Position numbers and translations under genes: made by a program. Shown in pieces: positions 16,171 to 26,645 of a stretch of DNA of 64,000 nt. Every line of letters starts with the position of its first letter. The first letter of the stretch is position 1. The notes under the pieces were generated by a model. It made no database searches. It was not told the origin of the DNA and saw only the letters and a program-made list of their open reading frames with translations. This DNA comes from Chitinophaga pinensis. GTDB taxonomy: Bacteria > Bacteroidota > Bacteroidia > UKL13-3. The stretch spans positions 1,975-65,974 of the forward strand of contig CALRXU020000022.1 of assembly GCA_943372215.1 (NCBI GenBank). The letters run 5' to 3'.

Positions 16171-18948
16171 TTGAAATCATTCCTTACCATCTTAACTGCA
16201 TTATGCTGGTGTTTGCAAATTCAGGCCCAACAGATAACAACATTATCTGGTAAATTACAGGATACCGCTGATTTTAAATCAGTGGCATATGCAACCATTA
16301 TGGTTATTAACCCAATGGATAGCACCATAATCAAATTTTCAAGGGCCAAGGATGACGGAAGGTTTATAATAAAAGACTTACCTGCCGGAAAAATGAGGGT
16401 GCTCATTACCCACCCCAATTATGCAGACTATGAAGATTTTGTTGAAGTGTTACCTGGTGTTGAAAATACGGTAGGCAACATTAATATGATTTCAAGGCTG
16501 AACTTGTTAAGGGAGGTGATTATCAAAGACAGATTAGAGGCCATTAGGATAAAGGGAGATACCACGGAGTTTTTAGTAGATAGTTTTTTAACCAAGAAAG
16601 AAAGTAATGTAGAAGATTTATTAAAAAATCTTCCTGGTATACAGGTAGATAAAGACGGGAAAATTACTGCACAAGGCAAAGAGGTAAAAAAGGTGCTGGT
16701 AGATGGTGAAGAGTTTTTTGGTGATGACCCTACCATTGCAACAAAAAACATTAAGGCAAGACAAGTAGAAAGTATTCAGGTATTTGACAAAAAAAGTGAG
16801 CAAGCAACCATAACAGGGGTTGATGATGGTATTAAAGAGAAAACAATCAATTTAAAACTTAAGGAGGACGCTAAGAAAGGATATTTTGGAAAGGTAACGG
16901 CTGGCATTGGAACAGAAAGCAGGTACGAACACGAGGCCATGTTTAATAAGTTCAACAAAAAACAAAAGGTATCAGTTTATGGGGCTATGAGCAATACCAA
17001 TAAAACCAGTTTAAGCTGGGAAGACAGCAGGAAATACGAAGGTGAAAACAACAACATGCAAATGGATGATGATGGCACCATGTATTATTATGGCTCAAAC
17101 GATGAAAATGATTTTGATGGCGTAGGCGTACCACAAACCTGGTACACGGGAGCTCATTTTAGCGACAAGTATAAAGATGATAAACATTCCATATCTATAA
17201 ATGGGTCGCATAAAGACATGAATGTGGAGGGCTTTGACAGCAATTACACCCAGTACATTTTGCCTGATACTTTGTATTTTAACAACGATATTAACCGCAT
17301 CAGGAATACCAGAAAAGGAGACCAGATTCAAGGAACTTACACCTTTAAAGTGGATTCGCTAAGCACCATTAAGGTTAAATTTGCAGGGTCTCAAAGCGAG
17401 TATCTAAACAAAAGCAGCTATGTAAGCGAGAATAAAAATGAGTTGCAGCAACTTATCAATAGCAATGCCCGCAACAATGAAACCGATGGGCAAAATATTG
17501 CTTTTAACAGCAGCATTAGTTATGTAAAAAAATTCAGTAAAAAGGGCCGCAGCTTATCTGTTGGTTTAACCCAAGATTACTCGGATCGTTCCAGTGAAAC
17601 GGTGTTAACTTCTAATACATATTATTACGCTGACCTTGTTTTGGTGAGGCAAGATACCATCAACCAAAAACGAACCAATGAGGGCATTAAAAGCAGTTTA
17701 AACTTTAATGCTTCCTATACCGAACCTATTGGTAAAAAGTTTTTTTGGATAGCAGATTACTCCATCACCAACACGCAAAACAAAAGCGCATTGCTCACTA
17801 GGGCCAAGGGCTTAGATCAAGCCTATAGTGTGCAATTGGATTCATTAAGCAATGATTTTAGGTACGATGTATTGGTGAACAATGGAGGTACTTCGTTTAA
17901 ATACCAATTTAAAAAGGTTACAGCCAGTGTTGGCGCCAGGGCTGCTTATACTGATTTGTATCAAAATAACCTAGTTACCAATAGAGATACCGCACAACGG
18001 TTTTTAAACATCTTTCCTTCGGCCAGGTTTGTTTATAAGGTGGGTACCAGTTCTAATTTTGAAATCAGTTACAATGGGCGTACCAGACAACCTTCATTGC
18101 AACAAATTCAACCGGTATTAGACAATACCAATCCGTTAGATATTTATATTGGTAATGACAGGTTGGTGCAAAGTTTTACCAATAGTATTTCTATTAATTA
18201 TAATGCATACAAGCCCATTAGTGGTAGTGGTATTTGGAGTAACTTTTCAGTGTCTCAAACCAATAATGATTTTACAAGAAATGATTTTGTGGATACTTTG
18301 GGAAGAAGGGTACACCAAACCATCAATGTTGATGGCAATCAAAATTTGTATGGGCAATTTTATTATTGGTTTGCTTTAAAAAAGCTGAAACTAAATGTTT
18401 CAACAAATGCCAGAGCCAATCTATCAAAGAATGTGAATGTGTTGAATAATGAGAATAATACCAACAGGAATGGCAGCTACAGTTTTGGAACAGATTTTAG
18501 CCATAGCCATAAAGATGATAAATACTACATCAGTATAGGCGGAGACTGGACCTACAACAGCTCTAAAAGCAGCATACGTTCAGATGTGGTTACCCAGTTT
18601 TGGATTCACAGCTATCAGTTGAATGGAGAGATTGAACTTCCTAAGAAGTTTGAATTGAATGCAAGTGCTACTTACAATATCAGGCAACGTACCTCTGAGT
18701 TTGACCGGAATTTAAACACCTTTATTATCAATGCTGAATTGGTGAAAAAATTTGGTGAAAAGGAAATGTTTGAGTTAGGTTTAAGCTGTAGGGACATATT
18801 AAATCAAAACATCGGGTTTAACAGAAATGCGAATAGTAATTTTATTAATGAAAATGTACACACCATTTTACGCAGGTATTTTATGATACGTTTAACTTAC
18901 AACATCAATAGCGCCAATAGGGCAGTAAAAGGGGAGGGTAGCAAATGA
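16171..18948 (+). CDS. Outer-membrane beta-barrel protein with a carboxypeptidase-regulatory-like N-domain and a plug (TonB-dependent-receptor-like)
   Basis: 925-aa ORF with a signal peptide, LSGKLQD...ATIMV (CarbopepD_reg-like), plug-like NVEDLLKNLPGIQVD, and a long barrel ending in a C-terminal beta strand. TTG start. Confidence 0.75.
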   Translation: MKSFLTILTALCWCLQIQAQQITTLSGKLQDTADFKSVAYATIMVINPMDSTIIKFSRAKDDGRFIIKDLPAGKMRVLITHPNYADYEDFVEVLPGVENTVGNINMISRLNLLREVIIKDRLEAIRIKGDTTEFLVDSFLTKKESNVEDLLKNLPGIQVDKDGKITAQGKEVKKVLVDGEEFFGDDPTIATKNIKARQVESIQVFDKKSEQATITGVDDGIKEKTINLKLKEDAKKGYFGKVTAGIGTESRYEHEAMFNKFNKKQKVSVYGAMSNTNKTSLSWEDSRKYEGENNNMQMDDDGTMYYYGSNDENDFDGVGVPQTWYTGAHFSDKYKDDKHSISINGSHKDMNVEGFDSNYTQYILPDTLYFNNDINRIRNTRKGDQIQGTYTFKVDSLSTIKVKFAGSQSEYLNKSSYVSENKNELQQLINSNARNNETDGQNIAFNSSISYVKKFSKKGRSLSVGLTQDYSDRSSETVLTSNTYYYADLVLVRQDTINQKRTNEGIKSSLNFNASYTEPIGKKFFWIADYSITNTQNKSALLTRAKGLDQAYSVQLDSLSNDFRYDVLVNNGGTSFKYQFKKVTASVGARAAYTDLYQNNLVTNRDTAQRFLNIFPSARFVYKVGTSSNFEISYNGRTRQPSLQQIQPVLDNTNPLDIYIGNDRLVQSFTNSISINYNAYKPISGSGIWSNFSVSQTNNDFTRNDFVDTLGRRVHQTINVDGNQNLYGQFYYWFALKKLKLNVSTNARANLSKNVNVLNNENNTNRNGSYSFGTDFSHSHKDDKYYISIGGDWTYNSSKSSIRSDVVTQFWIHSYQLNGEIELPKKFELNASATYNIRQRTSEFDRNLNTFIINAELVKKFGEKEMFELGLSCRDILNQNIGFNRNANSNFINENVHTILRRYFMIRLTYNINSANRAVKGEGSK

Positions 18949-19703
18949 GAAAATTAATGTTGTTCAGTTTTTCCATCTGTATCACACTGCAAGTGCTCGG
19001 CCAACAATTGTTGTTAAATGGAAAAATTACTTACGAAAAAAAATTCAACATCATCAAATCAATTGAGGAAGAAATGGCTGAAAATGATGATGAGGACAAT
19101 AGTTGGTACAAAGAGATGATCAAAACCATGCCCAAGTATAAAGTTGACCTCTTTAAGTTGAGTTTTAACCGCAATCAGGCCATTTATACCACGTTTCAAG
19201 AGGATGAAAACGAACGTTTCCGTTGGTACAGAACCATTACCAATCTTACCCATAAAACAGATTTTGTAGCCGACAGTTTTGTGGCAAATAGAAGTGTGTA
19301 TGATGAAAGTTTTGTAATCACAGATTCTATTTCAAAACCAGTATGGAAGCTCACTGGGGAGTACCGAACCATTGCAGGATACAATTGCAGAAGGGCCACT
19401 ACTATTTTGTATGATTCCGTATTTGTGATTGCATTTTTTACTGAAGCCATACCTGTAAGCGGAGGTCCTGATATATTTGCTGGTTTGCCTGGTATGATAT
19501 TAGGTGTAGTTATGCCAAGGTTTCACACCACTATTTTTGCTACCTCAATTGAAACCGTTGCCCCAACGGAGGCTGATTTTGTATTTAAGCCTTTACGTAA
19601 AGCAAAAGTATTTAACCGAGAGGGGTATCGAAAAGACCTCAGTAGTAACTTAGAGCGCTGGGGCAAGTATGGAACCAAATTTGTTTTAAAAGCGTTATTC
19701 TAA
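18945..19703 (+). CDS. GLPGLI family protein
   Basis: 252-aa ORF containing FAGLPGMILGV. Its start overlaps the preceding stop (ATGA). Confidence 0.8.
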   Translation: MRKLMLFSFSICITLQVLGQQLLLNGKITYEKKFNIIKSIEEEMAENDDEDNSWYKEMIKTMPKYKVDLFKLSFNRNQAIYTTFQEDENERFRWYRTITNLTHKTDFVADSFVANRSVYDESFVITDSISKPVWKLTGEYRTIAGYNCRRATTILYDSVFVIAFFTEAIPVSGGPDIFAGLPGMILGVVMPRFHTTIFATSIETVAPTEADFVFKPLRKAKVFNREGYRKDLSSNLERWGKYGTKFVLKALF

Positions 19704-19777
19704 AACGGAACATTTGATTAAGTTTGTTTGCAAAGGCCAAACACCAGTGTGGCCAATGACAACTACCTTGTTCATTT

Positions 19778-20704
19778 ATGCTCAACCAACTCATTCAACA
19801 ACTCCGTCAGTTTATAAAAGGCTATAGCCTCATTCATTGGATAACCATGCTGTTATTTTGCGCAGCAAGTGTTTATGTAAACTATTTTATGGGGCTTAAA
19901 CAATGGATGCAGCCATTTTCTGGCTTTTTGGAATTTGTGGTTTATTTTGTGTTGTATGCGGTACATACGCTTTGGGGATTTGCCCTTTACAGTTTGTTTT
20001 CAAAACAGTATTCCTTTTGGCATAAACCAGGTTTTTGGGCCTTACTAGGCATAGGCCTTTTGGTATTTGCATTTCGGGTTACTTTTGATGAGCATTATAA
20101 ATGGATAGCTTGGGTTACTTCCGAGGAAAATACCTGGGTTTATCAAACCATATTTAAGCATTTTTTCAAACTATTGTATATCATCGTTCCACTGTTTTTG
20201 ATCTGGTTAATAGTGGATCGTAGCAACCAACCATTTTATGGGTTTTCAGCCAAACAGCACAAGGCAAAATTGTATTGGGGTTTATTGTTGGCTATGGTGC
20301 CATTAATTGCTTATGCCAGCACGCAGGGTGATTTTTTAAACTACTATCCCCGTGCTTCCAAACTTAACCAAGCTCATGCATCTGCGCCAATGCTGCTGTT
20401 GTTTGAGTTTTTTTATGGATTGGATTTTGTGTCCATTGAGCTTTTTTTTAGGGGATTTATGGTGATGGCATTTGTGCGTTATGTTGGTGTACATGCAGTG
20501 TTGCCTATGGCATGTTTTTACCTCTCCATCCATTATGGTAAACCAATGGGCGAAGCCATCAGTTCCTTTTTTGGGGGAACTATTCTAGGAGTAATTGCCT
20601 ACCACAGCAAAAGTATTTACGGAGGTATTATGGTACACATGGGCATTGCCTGGTTAATGGAGCTAGGCGGGTTTATTGGCAATTACATTAAAGAGTTGAA
20701 TTAA
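19778..20704 (+). CDS. CPBP-family intramembrane protease-like membrane protein
   Basis: 308-aa polytopic protein with SIELFFRGF (ExxxR motif) and a later H-containing helix (IMVHMGIAW). Confidence 0.55.
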   Translation: MLNQLIQQLRQFIKGYSLIHWITMLLFCAASVYVNYFMGLKQWMQPFSGFLEFVVYFVLYAVHTLWGFALYSLFSKQYSFWHKPGFWALLGIGLLVFAFRVTFDEHYKWIAWVTSEENTWVYQTIFKHFFKLLYIIVPLFLIWLIVDRSNQPFYGFSAKQHKAKLYWGLLLAMVPLIAYASTQGDFLNYYPRASKLNQAHASAPMLLLFEFFYGLDFVSIELFFRGFMVMAFVRYVGVHAVLPMACFYLSIHYGKPMGEAISSFFGGTILGVIAYHSKSIYGGIMVHMGIAWLMELGGFIGNYIKELN

Positions 20705-20796
20705 ACTTACCCGAAAATACTTTATCCGTGCTGCTTTCCCCTTCAATCAATTGCTGCAATGGCATTGCTGCGGATAATTATTTAACCCAATGGGAT

Positions 20797-20832
20797 AAAA
20801 AAAAATAGCACTTAAAAAGTGCTATTTTTTTT
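20797..20832. terminator. Bidirectional rho-independent terminator between convergent genes
   Basis: A-run, then ATAGCAC / TTAAAAA loop / GTGCTAT, then T-run. The 7-bp stem is perfect and is flanked by A9 and T8. Confidence 0.65.
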
Positions 20833-20847
20833 AGTAGTAAATCTTAA

Positions 20848-23379
20848 TTAATCACAATGATTACTTGCTCCTGTTGAGCAACATCCTTTACCTTCTTTGT
20901 GTGAAGTCACACATTTATCATCACAACTTTTTTCGCATTCTTCAGCAGTTTTGCAGCCTTTATCACAGTTTTCTTTATCTGCTCCACCCATCTTTTTGCT
21001 GCACATTTCTTTGCATTTGGCTTCGTCAAATTTGCCATCTGCTCCGTACATGCTTAAGCAAGTAGCTTTTTGTTCAGCATCACATCCAACACTATCGCAA
21101 TAGGCCGCACATTCTTCCTTGGTCATTGTTTTGCAACGGTCCATATCACATTTGCCCATGTCCATATCGCATTCACTCATTTCTGCGCAGCACGACATTT
21201 TTTCGCCATGTTGTAAAGCGGCTTTGTCTGATTTTAATCCGCCTTGCACAGCAATGTAAGGTGCTATTACCAACGAAACAATTGACATTAACTTAATCAA
21301 AATGTTCATTGAAGGTCCTGAGGTATCTTTAAATGGATCACCAACAGTATCACCCGTTACAGAAGCTTTATGCGGTTCAGATTTTTTGTAGAACATTTCG
21401 CCATTAATCAATACCCCTTTTTCAAATGATTTTTTAGCGTTATCCCAAGCCCCACCAGCATTGCTTTGGAAAATACCCATTAACACTCCACTTACAGTAA
21501 CACCAGCTAACAACCCTCCTAACATTTCAGCAGAACTGGCATCCGTAAAAATTCCTTTGAAACCAAAACCAACAATAATTGGGGTTAACAAGGCAATTGC
21601 ACCTGGTAACATCATTTCACGAATAGAAGCCTTGGTTGAAATGGCCACACATTTTTCGTACTCTGGTTTTGCTTTATATTCCATAATACCTGGAATTTCG
21701 CGGAATTGACGTCTAACTTCTTGCACCATATCCATCGCTGCTTTTCCAACTGCCTGAATACATAATGCTGAGAATATAAAAGGAATCATTCCTCCAACAA
21801 ATAATGCAGCAAGTACCGGAGCCTTATAAATATCAATCGCATCAATTCCTGCAACGCCAACAAATGCGGCAAACAGGGCCAATGAGGTTAATGCTGCCGA
21901 AGCAATGGCAAATCCTTTTCCAGTAGCGGCAGTGGTATTACCAACGGCATCTAAATTATCTGTTCTCTCACGAACTTCAGGCGGCAACTGGCTCATTTCA
22001 GCAATACCACCAGCATTATCAGCAATAGGGCCAAAAGCATCAATAGCCAACTGCATAGCAGTGGTTGCCATCATACCGGCAGCAGCAATAGCCACACCAT
22101 ATAAACCAGCAAAATAATAAGAGGCCATGATACCTGCAGCAAGGGTTAAAATCGGAATGACAGTTGATTTCATACCCACTGATAAACCACCAATAATGTT
22201 GGTAGCATGTCCGGTTGATGATTGTTGGATGATTGATAAAACAGGGGCTTTACCCATAGCTGTGTAATATTCAGTAACAATACTCATAATGGCACCTACA
22301 ATAGTACCTACTACAATTGCCCAGAAAACATTAATGCTTGAGAACTCATATCCACGTAAGTTTAACGTTTCAGGCAACATCCATTTTACAATAAAGAAAG
22401 AAGCCACCACTGTTAATAACATTGACGACCAATTGCCAAGGTTTAACGCGTTTTGCACGTTTGATTTATCATCCTTAATGGTAACAAACCAAGTGCCCAC
22501 AATAGAGAAAAGGATGCCTAAGCCGCAAATTACCATTGGCAATAAAATGGGTGACATGCCACCAAAGTTATCGGTAACTACAATTTCTTGTCCAAGTACC
22601 ATTGTTGCCAATATGGTAGCCACGTATGAGCCAAATAAATCGGCACCCATACCAGCCACATCACCTACGTTATCACCTACGTTATCGGCAATAGTAGCAG
22701 GGTTACGCACATCATCTTCAGGAATACCAGCCTCTACCTTACCTACTAAGTCAGCTCCAACATCGGCAGCTTTGGTGTAAATACCACCACCTACACGCGC
22801 AAAAAGGGCAATAGATTCAGCGCCTAATGAGAAGCCTGTTAGCACTTCAATGGCAGTTCTCATTTCATCACTATCAACTGTAACAACATTAAAGTATTTT
22901 AAAAATACAATAAACAAACCACCTAATCCTAAAACGGCCAATCCTGCAACACCCAATCCCATTACAGTACCACCAGTAAAAGATACTTTTAATGCTTGTT
23001 TTAAACTGGTACGGGCAGCTTGAGTAGTACGCACGTTGGCTTTGGTAGCCACTTTCATTCCAATATAACCAGCGGTTGCTGAAAAAACAGCACCTATGAT
23101 AAAGGAAATAGAGATAATCCAGCTAGAGTGAATTACTTTTCCGTTTACTTCATGAATGGTTCCTGAATAGGCCAATAAAGCGGCAGCAAAAGCAACAAAT
23201 ATGCTCAATACTTTCCATTCAGCTTTTAAAAATGCCATTGCTCCATCTGCAATATAGCCAGCCAATTCAGTCATTTTAGCATCGCCAGCATCTTGTTTCG
23301 ATACCCAGGCACTTTTAATGGCCATGACCAACAGGCCTACAATACCAAGCGCGGGGATTAAGTAAATTACATTTTCCAT
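20848..23379 (-). CDS. hppA: Membrane-bound ion-translocating pyrophosphatase (K+-dependent type) with a C-terminal Cys-rich extension
   Basis: 843-aa ORF with [31 protein letters not shown] (an Ala at this position indicates the K+-dependent class) and [14 protein letters not shown]. Confidence 0.95.
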   Translation of the reverse strand: MENVIYLIPALGIVGLLVMAIKSAWVSKQDAGDAKMTELAGYIADGAMAFLKAEWKVLSIFVAFAAALLAYSGTIHEVNGKVIHSSWIISISFIIGAVFSATAGYIGMKVATKANVRTTQAARTSLKQALKVSFTGGTVMGLGVAGLAVLGLGGLFIVFLKYFNVVTVDSDEMRTAIEVLTGFSLGAESIALFARVGGGIYTKAADVGADLVGKVEAGIPEDDVRNPATIADNVGDNVGDVAGMGADLFGSYVATILATMVLGQEIVVTDNFGGMSPILLPMVICGLGILFSIVGTWFVTIKDDKSNVQNALNLGNWSSMLLTVVASFFIVKWMLPETLNLRGYEFSSINVFWAIVVGTIVGAIMSIVTEYYTAMGKAPVLSIIQQSSTGHATNIIGGLSVGMKSTVIPILTLAAGIMASYYFAGLYGVAIAAAGMMATTAMQLAIDAFGPIADNAGGIAEMSQLPPEVRERTDNLDAVGNTTAATGKGFAIASAALTSLALFAAFVGVAGIDAIDIYKAPVLAALFVGGMIPFIFSALCIQAVGKAAMDMVQEVRRQFREIPGIMEYKAKPEYEKCVAISTKASIREMMLPGAIALLTPIIVGFGFKGIFTDASSAEMLGGLLAGVTVSGVLMGIFQSNAGGAWDNAKKSFEKGVLINGEMFYKKSEPHKASVTGDTVGDPFKDTSGPSMNILIKLMSIVSLVIAPYIAVQGGLKSDKAALQHGEKMSCCAEMSECDMDMGKCDMDRCKTMTKEECAAYCDSVGCDAEQKATCLSMYGADGKFDEAKCKEMCSKKMGGADKENCDKGCKTAEECEKSCDDKCVTSHKEGKGCCSTGASNHCD
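20851..21198 (-). other. 116-aa cysteine-rich C-terminal tail of HppA (19 Cys, many CxxxC)
   Basis: [40 protein letters not shown]...[39 protein letters not shown] is in frame with the pump, with no intervening stop. Confidence 0.8.
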
Positions 23380-23471
23380 CTAAAATAGTTAATATTTAAT
23401 AATTTGATAATGCCGCAAAAATAGAATTTAATTCCTATTTTGAAACTTTGTTATGCACAACAATAATTAAA

Positions 23472-24296
23472 ATGAAACGATTTTATCAATTAATATTGGG
23501 GTTATTTTATGCGGGTAGCCTTATTCAGGCTCAAGGAATACATGGTGTAATTGGTGCAGATGCGTGGATGCAAGGAGGCGGCAGTACCACATTATCAAAT
23601 GTTTATGCTGTGTTAAACAACCCTGCTCAGATGAGTTATTTAAACAAATGGCAGGCGGGTTTATTCAGTGAGCAGCGTTTCAACCGTAAAGAACTCACCT
23701 TGGCAAATTTTTCAATAGCTGTTCCCAATAAAATCATAGCTGTTGGATTAGCAGTTAATTGTTTTGGTTTTCAGGATTTTAACCAACAGCGAATTGCCTT
23801 AAGTGCATCAAAAAAGTTGGCAGAAACCTTCAGTTTAGGGGTGCAACTAAACTATGTAGCCACAAACATTAAAGAGTATGGCAACGCTGCTACGCTGGTA
23901 TTGGGCCTAGGGGTTGCTTACCATCCTATTAAAAAAGTGCAGTTGGGATTAATGGTTTTTAATCCTAGCCAACAACAATTATCAGCCAACGTAAGTGATA
24001 TTGTTCCTGCGTTTGCACGTTTAGGGGTAAAGTATCAGGTGAATGATAAAGTTTATGTTACTGGCGAAGCCGATCAACAATTGGATAAAAAGGTGGTTTT
24101 TAGGGGAGGGCTAAGGTATGAAGTTCATAAGCGTGTGGCCTTTGCCATTGGTACTGCTAGCCAGCCCACCTTGTTTACATTTGGTACCAGTATTTTGGCG
24201 GGCAATGTAAGCATTGATGCAGCAGCCACAGTTCACCAAACCTTTGGATTTACACCACAATTGGGTTTAAGGGCTCCTATCCAATCAAAACAATAA
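23472..24296 (+). CDS. Hypothetical outer-membrane beta-barrel-like protein
   Basis: Signal peptide MKRFYQLILGLFYAGSLIQAQ followed by alternating beta-strand-like sequence. The start was set to ATG 23472. Confidence 0.45.
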   Translation: MKRFYQLILGLFYAGSLIQAQGIHGVIGADAWMQGGGSTTLSNVYAVLNNPAQMSYLNKWQAGLFSEQRFNRKELTLANFSIAVPNKIIAVGLAVNCFGFQDFNQQRIALSASKKLAETFSLGVQLNYVATNIKEYGNAATLVLGLGVAYHPIKKVQLGLMVFNPSQQQLSANVSDIVPAFARLGVKYQVNDKVYVTGEADQQLDKKVVFRGGLRYEVHKRVAFAIGTASQPTLFTFGTSILAGNVSIDAAATVHQTFGFTPQLGLRAPIQSKQ

Positions 24297-24311
24297 ACAA
24301 CCAATCCAAAT

Positions 24312-26384
24312 ATGAGGTTACGTTTTAGGTTAACGGTTTGTTTGGTGGTGGTTTACATGAGTACTTTTGCTCAAGCAACGCGCGAAAGTAACGAGAAGGT
24401 GATTGCTGATTTAATGGAACGGCTCATTGAAAATACAGAAGCCAACGTGGATTATACTGATTTGCAAGATCAGTTGGAGCTGTATAACCGCAACAAACTC
24501 AATTTAAACAGGGCTAGTCGTGAGCAATTGGAGCGGCTCATCTTTTTGGAGGATAACCAAATCAATGCCATTATCCTGCATAGGCAAGTGTTTGGCGATT
24601 TTATTAGCTTGTACGAATTGCAAACCATTCCGGTGCTTGATCCGCTTACCATTTATTACCTCACGTATTTTGTTTCTGTTGACGAAAACTGGCAGGAAGA
24701 CCAAACCCGTTTTGGAGAAATGATTGCCAAGGGAAAACACGAGTTTATTGGTTTGTATGATACCGAAGGCCAATCAAGGGCTGGTTATGCAGATGAGCGC
24801 AAATCAGGTGGACAAAGTTATTACTTGGGAAACCAAGAAAGGTATGTGTTTAGGTACAGATTTAGTTACGGTAATCGCTTAAACTTTGGTTACAATGGCG
24901 AAAAGGATATGGGAGAACAGTTTGGAAAAGGCGCACAATCAGGTGGGTTTGATTTTAATTCTATCCATTTTTATTATAGGCCTAGAAAAAGTGTGGTTAA
25001 AACCATAGCCTTAGGCGATTACCAAATTAACTTTGGACAAGGCTTGACGTTTGGCTCAGGCTTGGCTGCCCGCAAAAGTGCTTTTGTAATGAACGTGCGC
25101 AGAAGTTTCGCACCAATAAGGCCTTACCGCTCACTCAATGAAAATGAGTTTTTGCGTGGAGCTGCCGTTACATTGGGCAAAAAAAACTGGCAGGTGGTAT
25201 TGTTTGGAAGTCGCAAGTACATTAGTACCAATTTTAACGCTCAAGATACCATACAAAGTGAAGATGCTTTTAGCAGTCTTTCTATAACTGGATTGCACCG
25301 CACACAAAGCGAAGCCGACAGGAAACACAATGTATTGCAAAGCATTTACGGGGGCAATGCCCGATACTCATTTAAACAGGGGCATATTGCATTTACGCAT
25401 GTGCAAAGCGATTATAACGTTGCATTTGTTGCAGGTGACCAACCTTACCAAAAATATAATTTCAGGGGAAAAACGCTTGTTAATTCGGGAGTTGATTATA
25501 CTTACCAATGGCGCAATATCAATTTGTTTGGAGAGGTTTCACGCAGCAATAATGATGCTTATGCCGCTTTAGCTGGTTTGGTTGCTTCATTAGATGCCAA
25601 CTTGGATGTGGTGTTGATGTACCGGAACTTTGCTAAAAACTATCGGGCTACGTTAAACAATCCGTTTGCAGAAAACAGCGATGGGCGAAATGAGCAAGGG
25701 TTATACACTGGTTTGTCATTACGTTTTAATCCGCGGGTGGTGTTAAATATGTATGTTGATATTTACCAAAGTAAGTGGCTCCGTTACTTAACAGATGCAC
25801 CAACCAAAGGGGTTGATTTGTTGAGTGAGTTGCAGTACAATCCAACCAAAACGGCCCAACTGTATGTGCGTTTTAGGCGCGAGGTAAAAGGCAGAAACCA
25901 GAGCGGAAATACAGCCGTAACTGATTATTTAAGCAACCAACAACGTTCAACCTATCGCTTTAACGCCCAATACAAAGTGAGCCTTGATTTATCGGCCAAA
26001 AGCAGGGTAGAGGTGATTCAATTTAGTGATGACCTCAACAAGAACCAAATGGGCACGCTTATTTTTCAAGACATACAATACAGTACTCCAAGAAAAAAGC
26101 TGAGTTTAATTACCCGCATGGCTTATTTTACAGTGGAGGATTATAATGCTAGGGTGTATGCCGCAGAAAATGATGTGCTTTATCAATATGCAGTTCCACT
26201 TTACCAAAACAGCGGGGTACGTTATTACATTGTAGCACGGGCAAAAATTACCCGCAAGTTGGAGTTGTGGCTCAAATTCAGTGAAACCATTTACAGTAAT
26301 GTAAAAACCATTAGCAGTGGCTTGGAGCTAATTAATGGCAACCGATTAACCGATTTGCGTTTGCAATTCCGATTGGTGTTGTAA
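24312..26384 (+). CDS. Helix-hairpin-helix (ComEA-like) domain protein with a large beta-rich C-terminal region
   Basis: 690-aa ORF with a signal peptide. LNLNRASREQLERLIFLEDNQINAIILHRQVFGDFISLYELQTIPVLD matches the ComEA HhH pattern. Confidence 0.7.
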   Translation: MRLRFRLTVCLVVVYMSTFAQATRESNEKVIADLMERLIENTEANVDYTDLQDQLELYNRNKLNLNRASREQLERLIFLEDNQINAIILHRQVFGDFISLYELQTIPVLDPLTIYYLTYFVSVDENWQEDQTRFGEMIAKGKHEFIGLYDTEGQSRAGYADERKSGGQSYYLGNQERYVFRYRFSYGNRLNFGYNGEKDMGEQFGKGAQSGGFDFNSIHFYYRPRKSVVKTIALGDYQINFGQGLTFGSGLAARKSAFVMNVRRSFAPIRPYRSLNENEFLRGAAVTLGKKNWQVVLFGSRKYISTNFNAQDTIQSEDAFSSLSITGLHRTQSEADRKHNVLQSIYGGNARYSFKQGHIAFTHVQSDYNVAFVAGDQPYQKYNFRGKTLVNSGVDYTYQWRNINLFGEVSRSNNDAYAALAGLVASLDANLDVVLMYRNFAKNYRATLNNPFAENSDGRNEQGLYTGLSLRFNPRVVLNMYVDIYQSKWLRYLTDAPTKGVDLLSELQYNPTKTAQLYVRFRREVKGRNQSGNTAVTDYLSNQQRSTYRFNAQYKVSLDLSAKSRVEVIQFSDDLNKNQMGTLIFQDIQYSTPRKKLSLITRMAYFTVEDYNARVYAAENDVLYQYAVPLYQNSGVRYYIVARAKITRKLELWLKFSETIYSNVKTISSGLELINGNRLTDLRLQFRLVL

Positions 26385-26410
26385 GCATAACAATTGAACA
26401 ACTAAAAACT

Positions 26411-26645
26411 AACCGCAACATTGCAGCTATTGGGTTAACCACAACGAACACAGCGGTATTGTTTGAGCCAACTTAGTGACCTTAGTGCAAACTTGGTGTA
26501 CTTAGTGGTAAAATGAATACAACCGCAACATTGCAGCTAGTGGGTTAACCACAACGAACACAAAGAACCCACAGCGAACACAACGGTATTGTTTGAGCCA
26601 ACTTCGTGACCTTAGTGCAACCAAGCGGTGTCCTTAGTGGTTAAC
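26411..26645. repeat. Two tandem copies of a roughly 100-125-bp intergenic element
   Basis: Copy 1 is 26411-26510 and copy 2 is 26521-26645, a 110-bp offset. Both run AACCGCAACATTGCAGCTAxTGGGTTAACCACAACGAACAC...GGTATTGTTTGAGCCAACTTxGTGACCTTAGTGCAA...CTTAGTGGT. Copy 2 has an internal insertion of about 20 bp. Confidence 0.8.

Noticed and set aside
21199-21260. The Cys-rich tail of HppA could be a separate small gene with its own ATG at 21198.
   Set aside because: No stop codon separates it from the pump frame in this sequence, so it is reported as a fusion. A sequencing error here would change the interpretation, as flagged in the corresponding finding.
22289-22780. 163-aa plus-strand ORF inside hppA, plus similar ORFs at 21461, 21905, 20865 and 20897.
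   Set aside because: They are antisense to a gene with complete M-PPase motifs. These are shadow ORFs typical of biased codon usage.
26411-26645. Possible CRISPR array or other spaced-repeat locus.
   Set aside because: There are only two copies. The units are 100-125 bp long and directly adjacent, with no short repeat/unique spacer alternation and no cas genes nearby.
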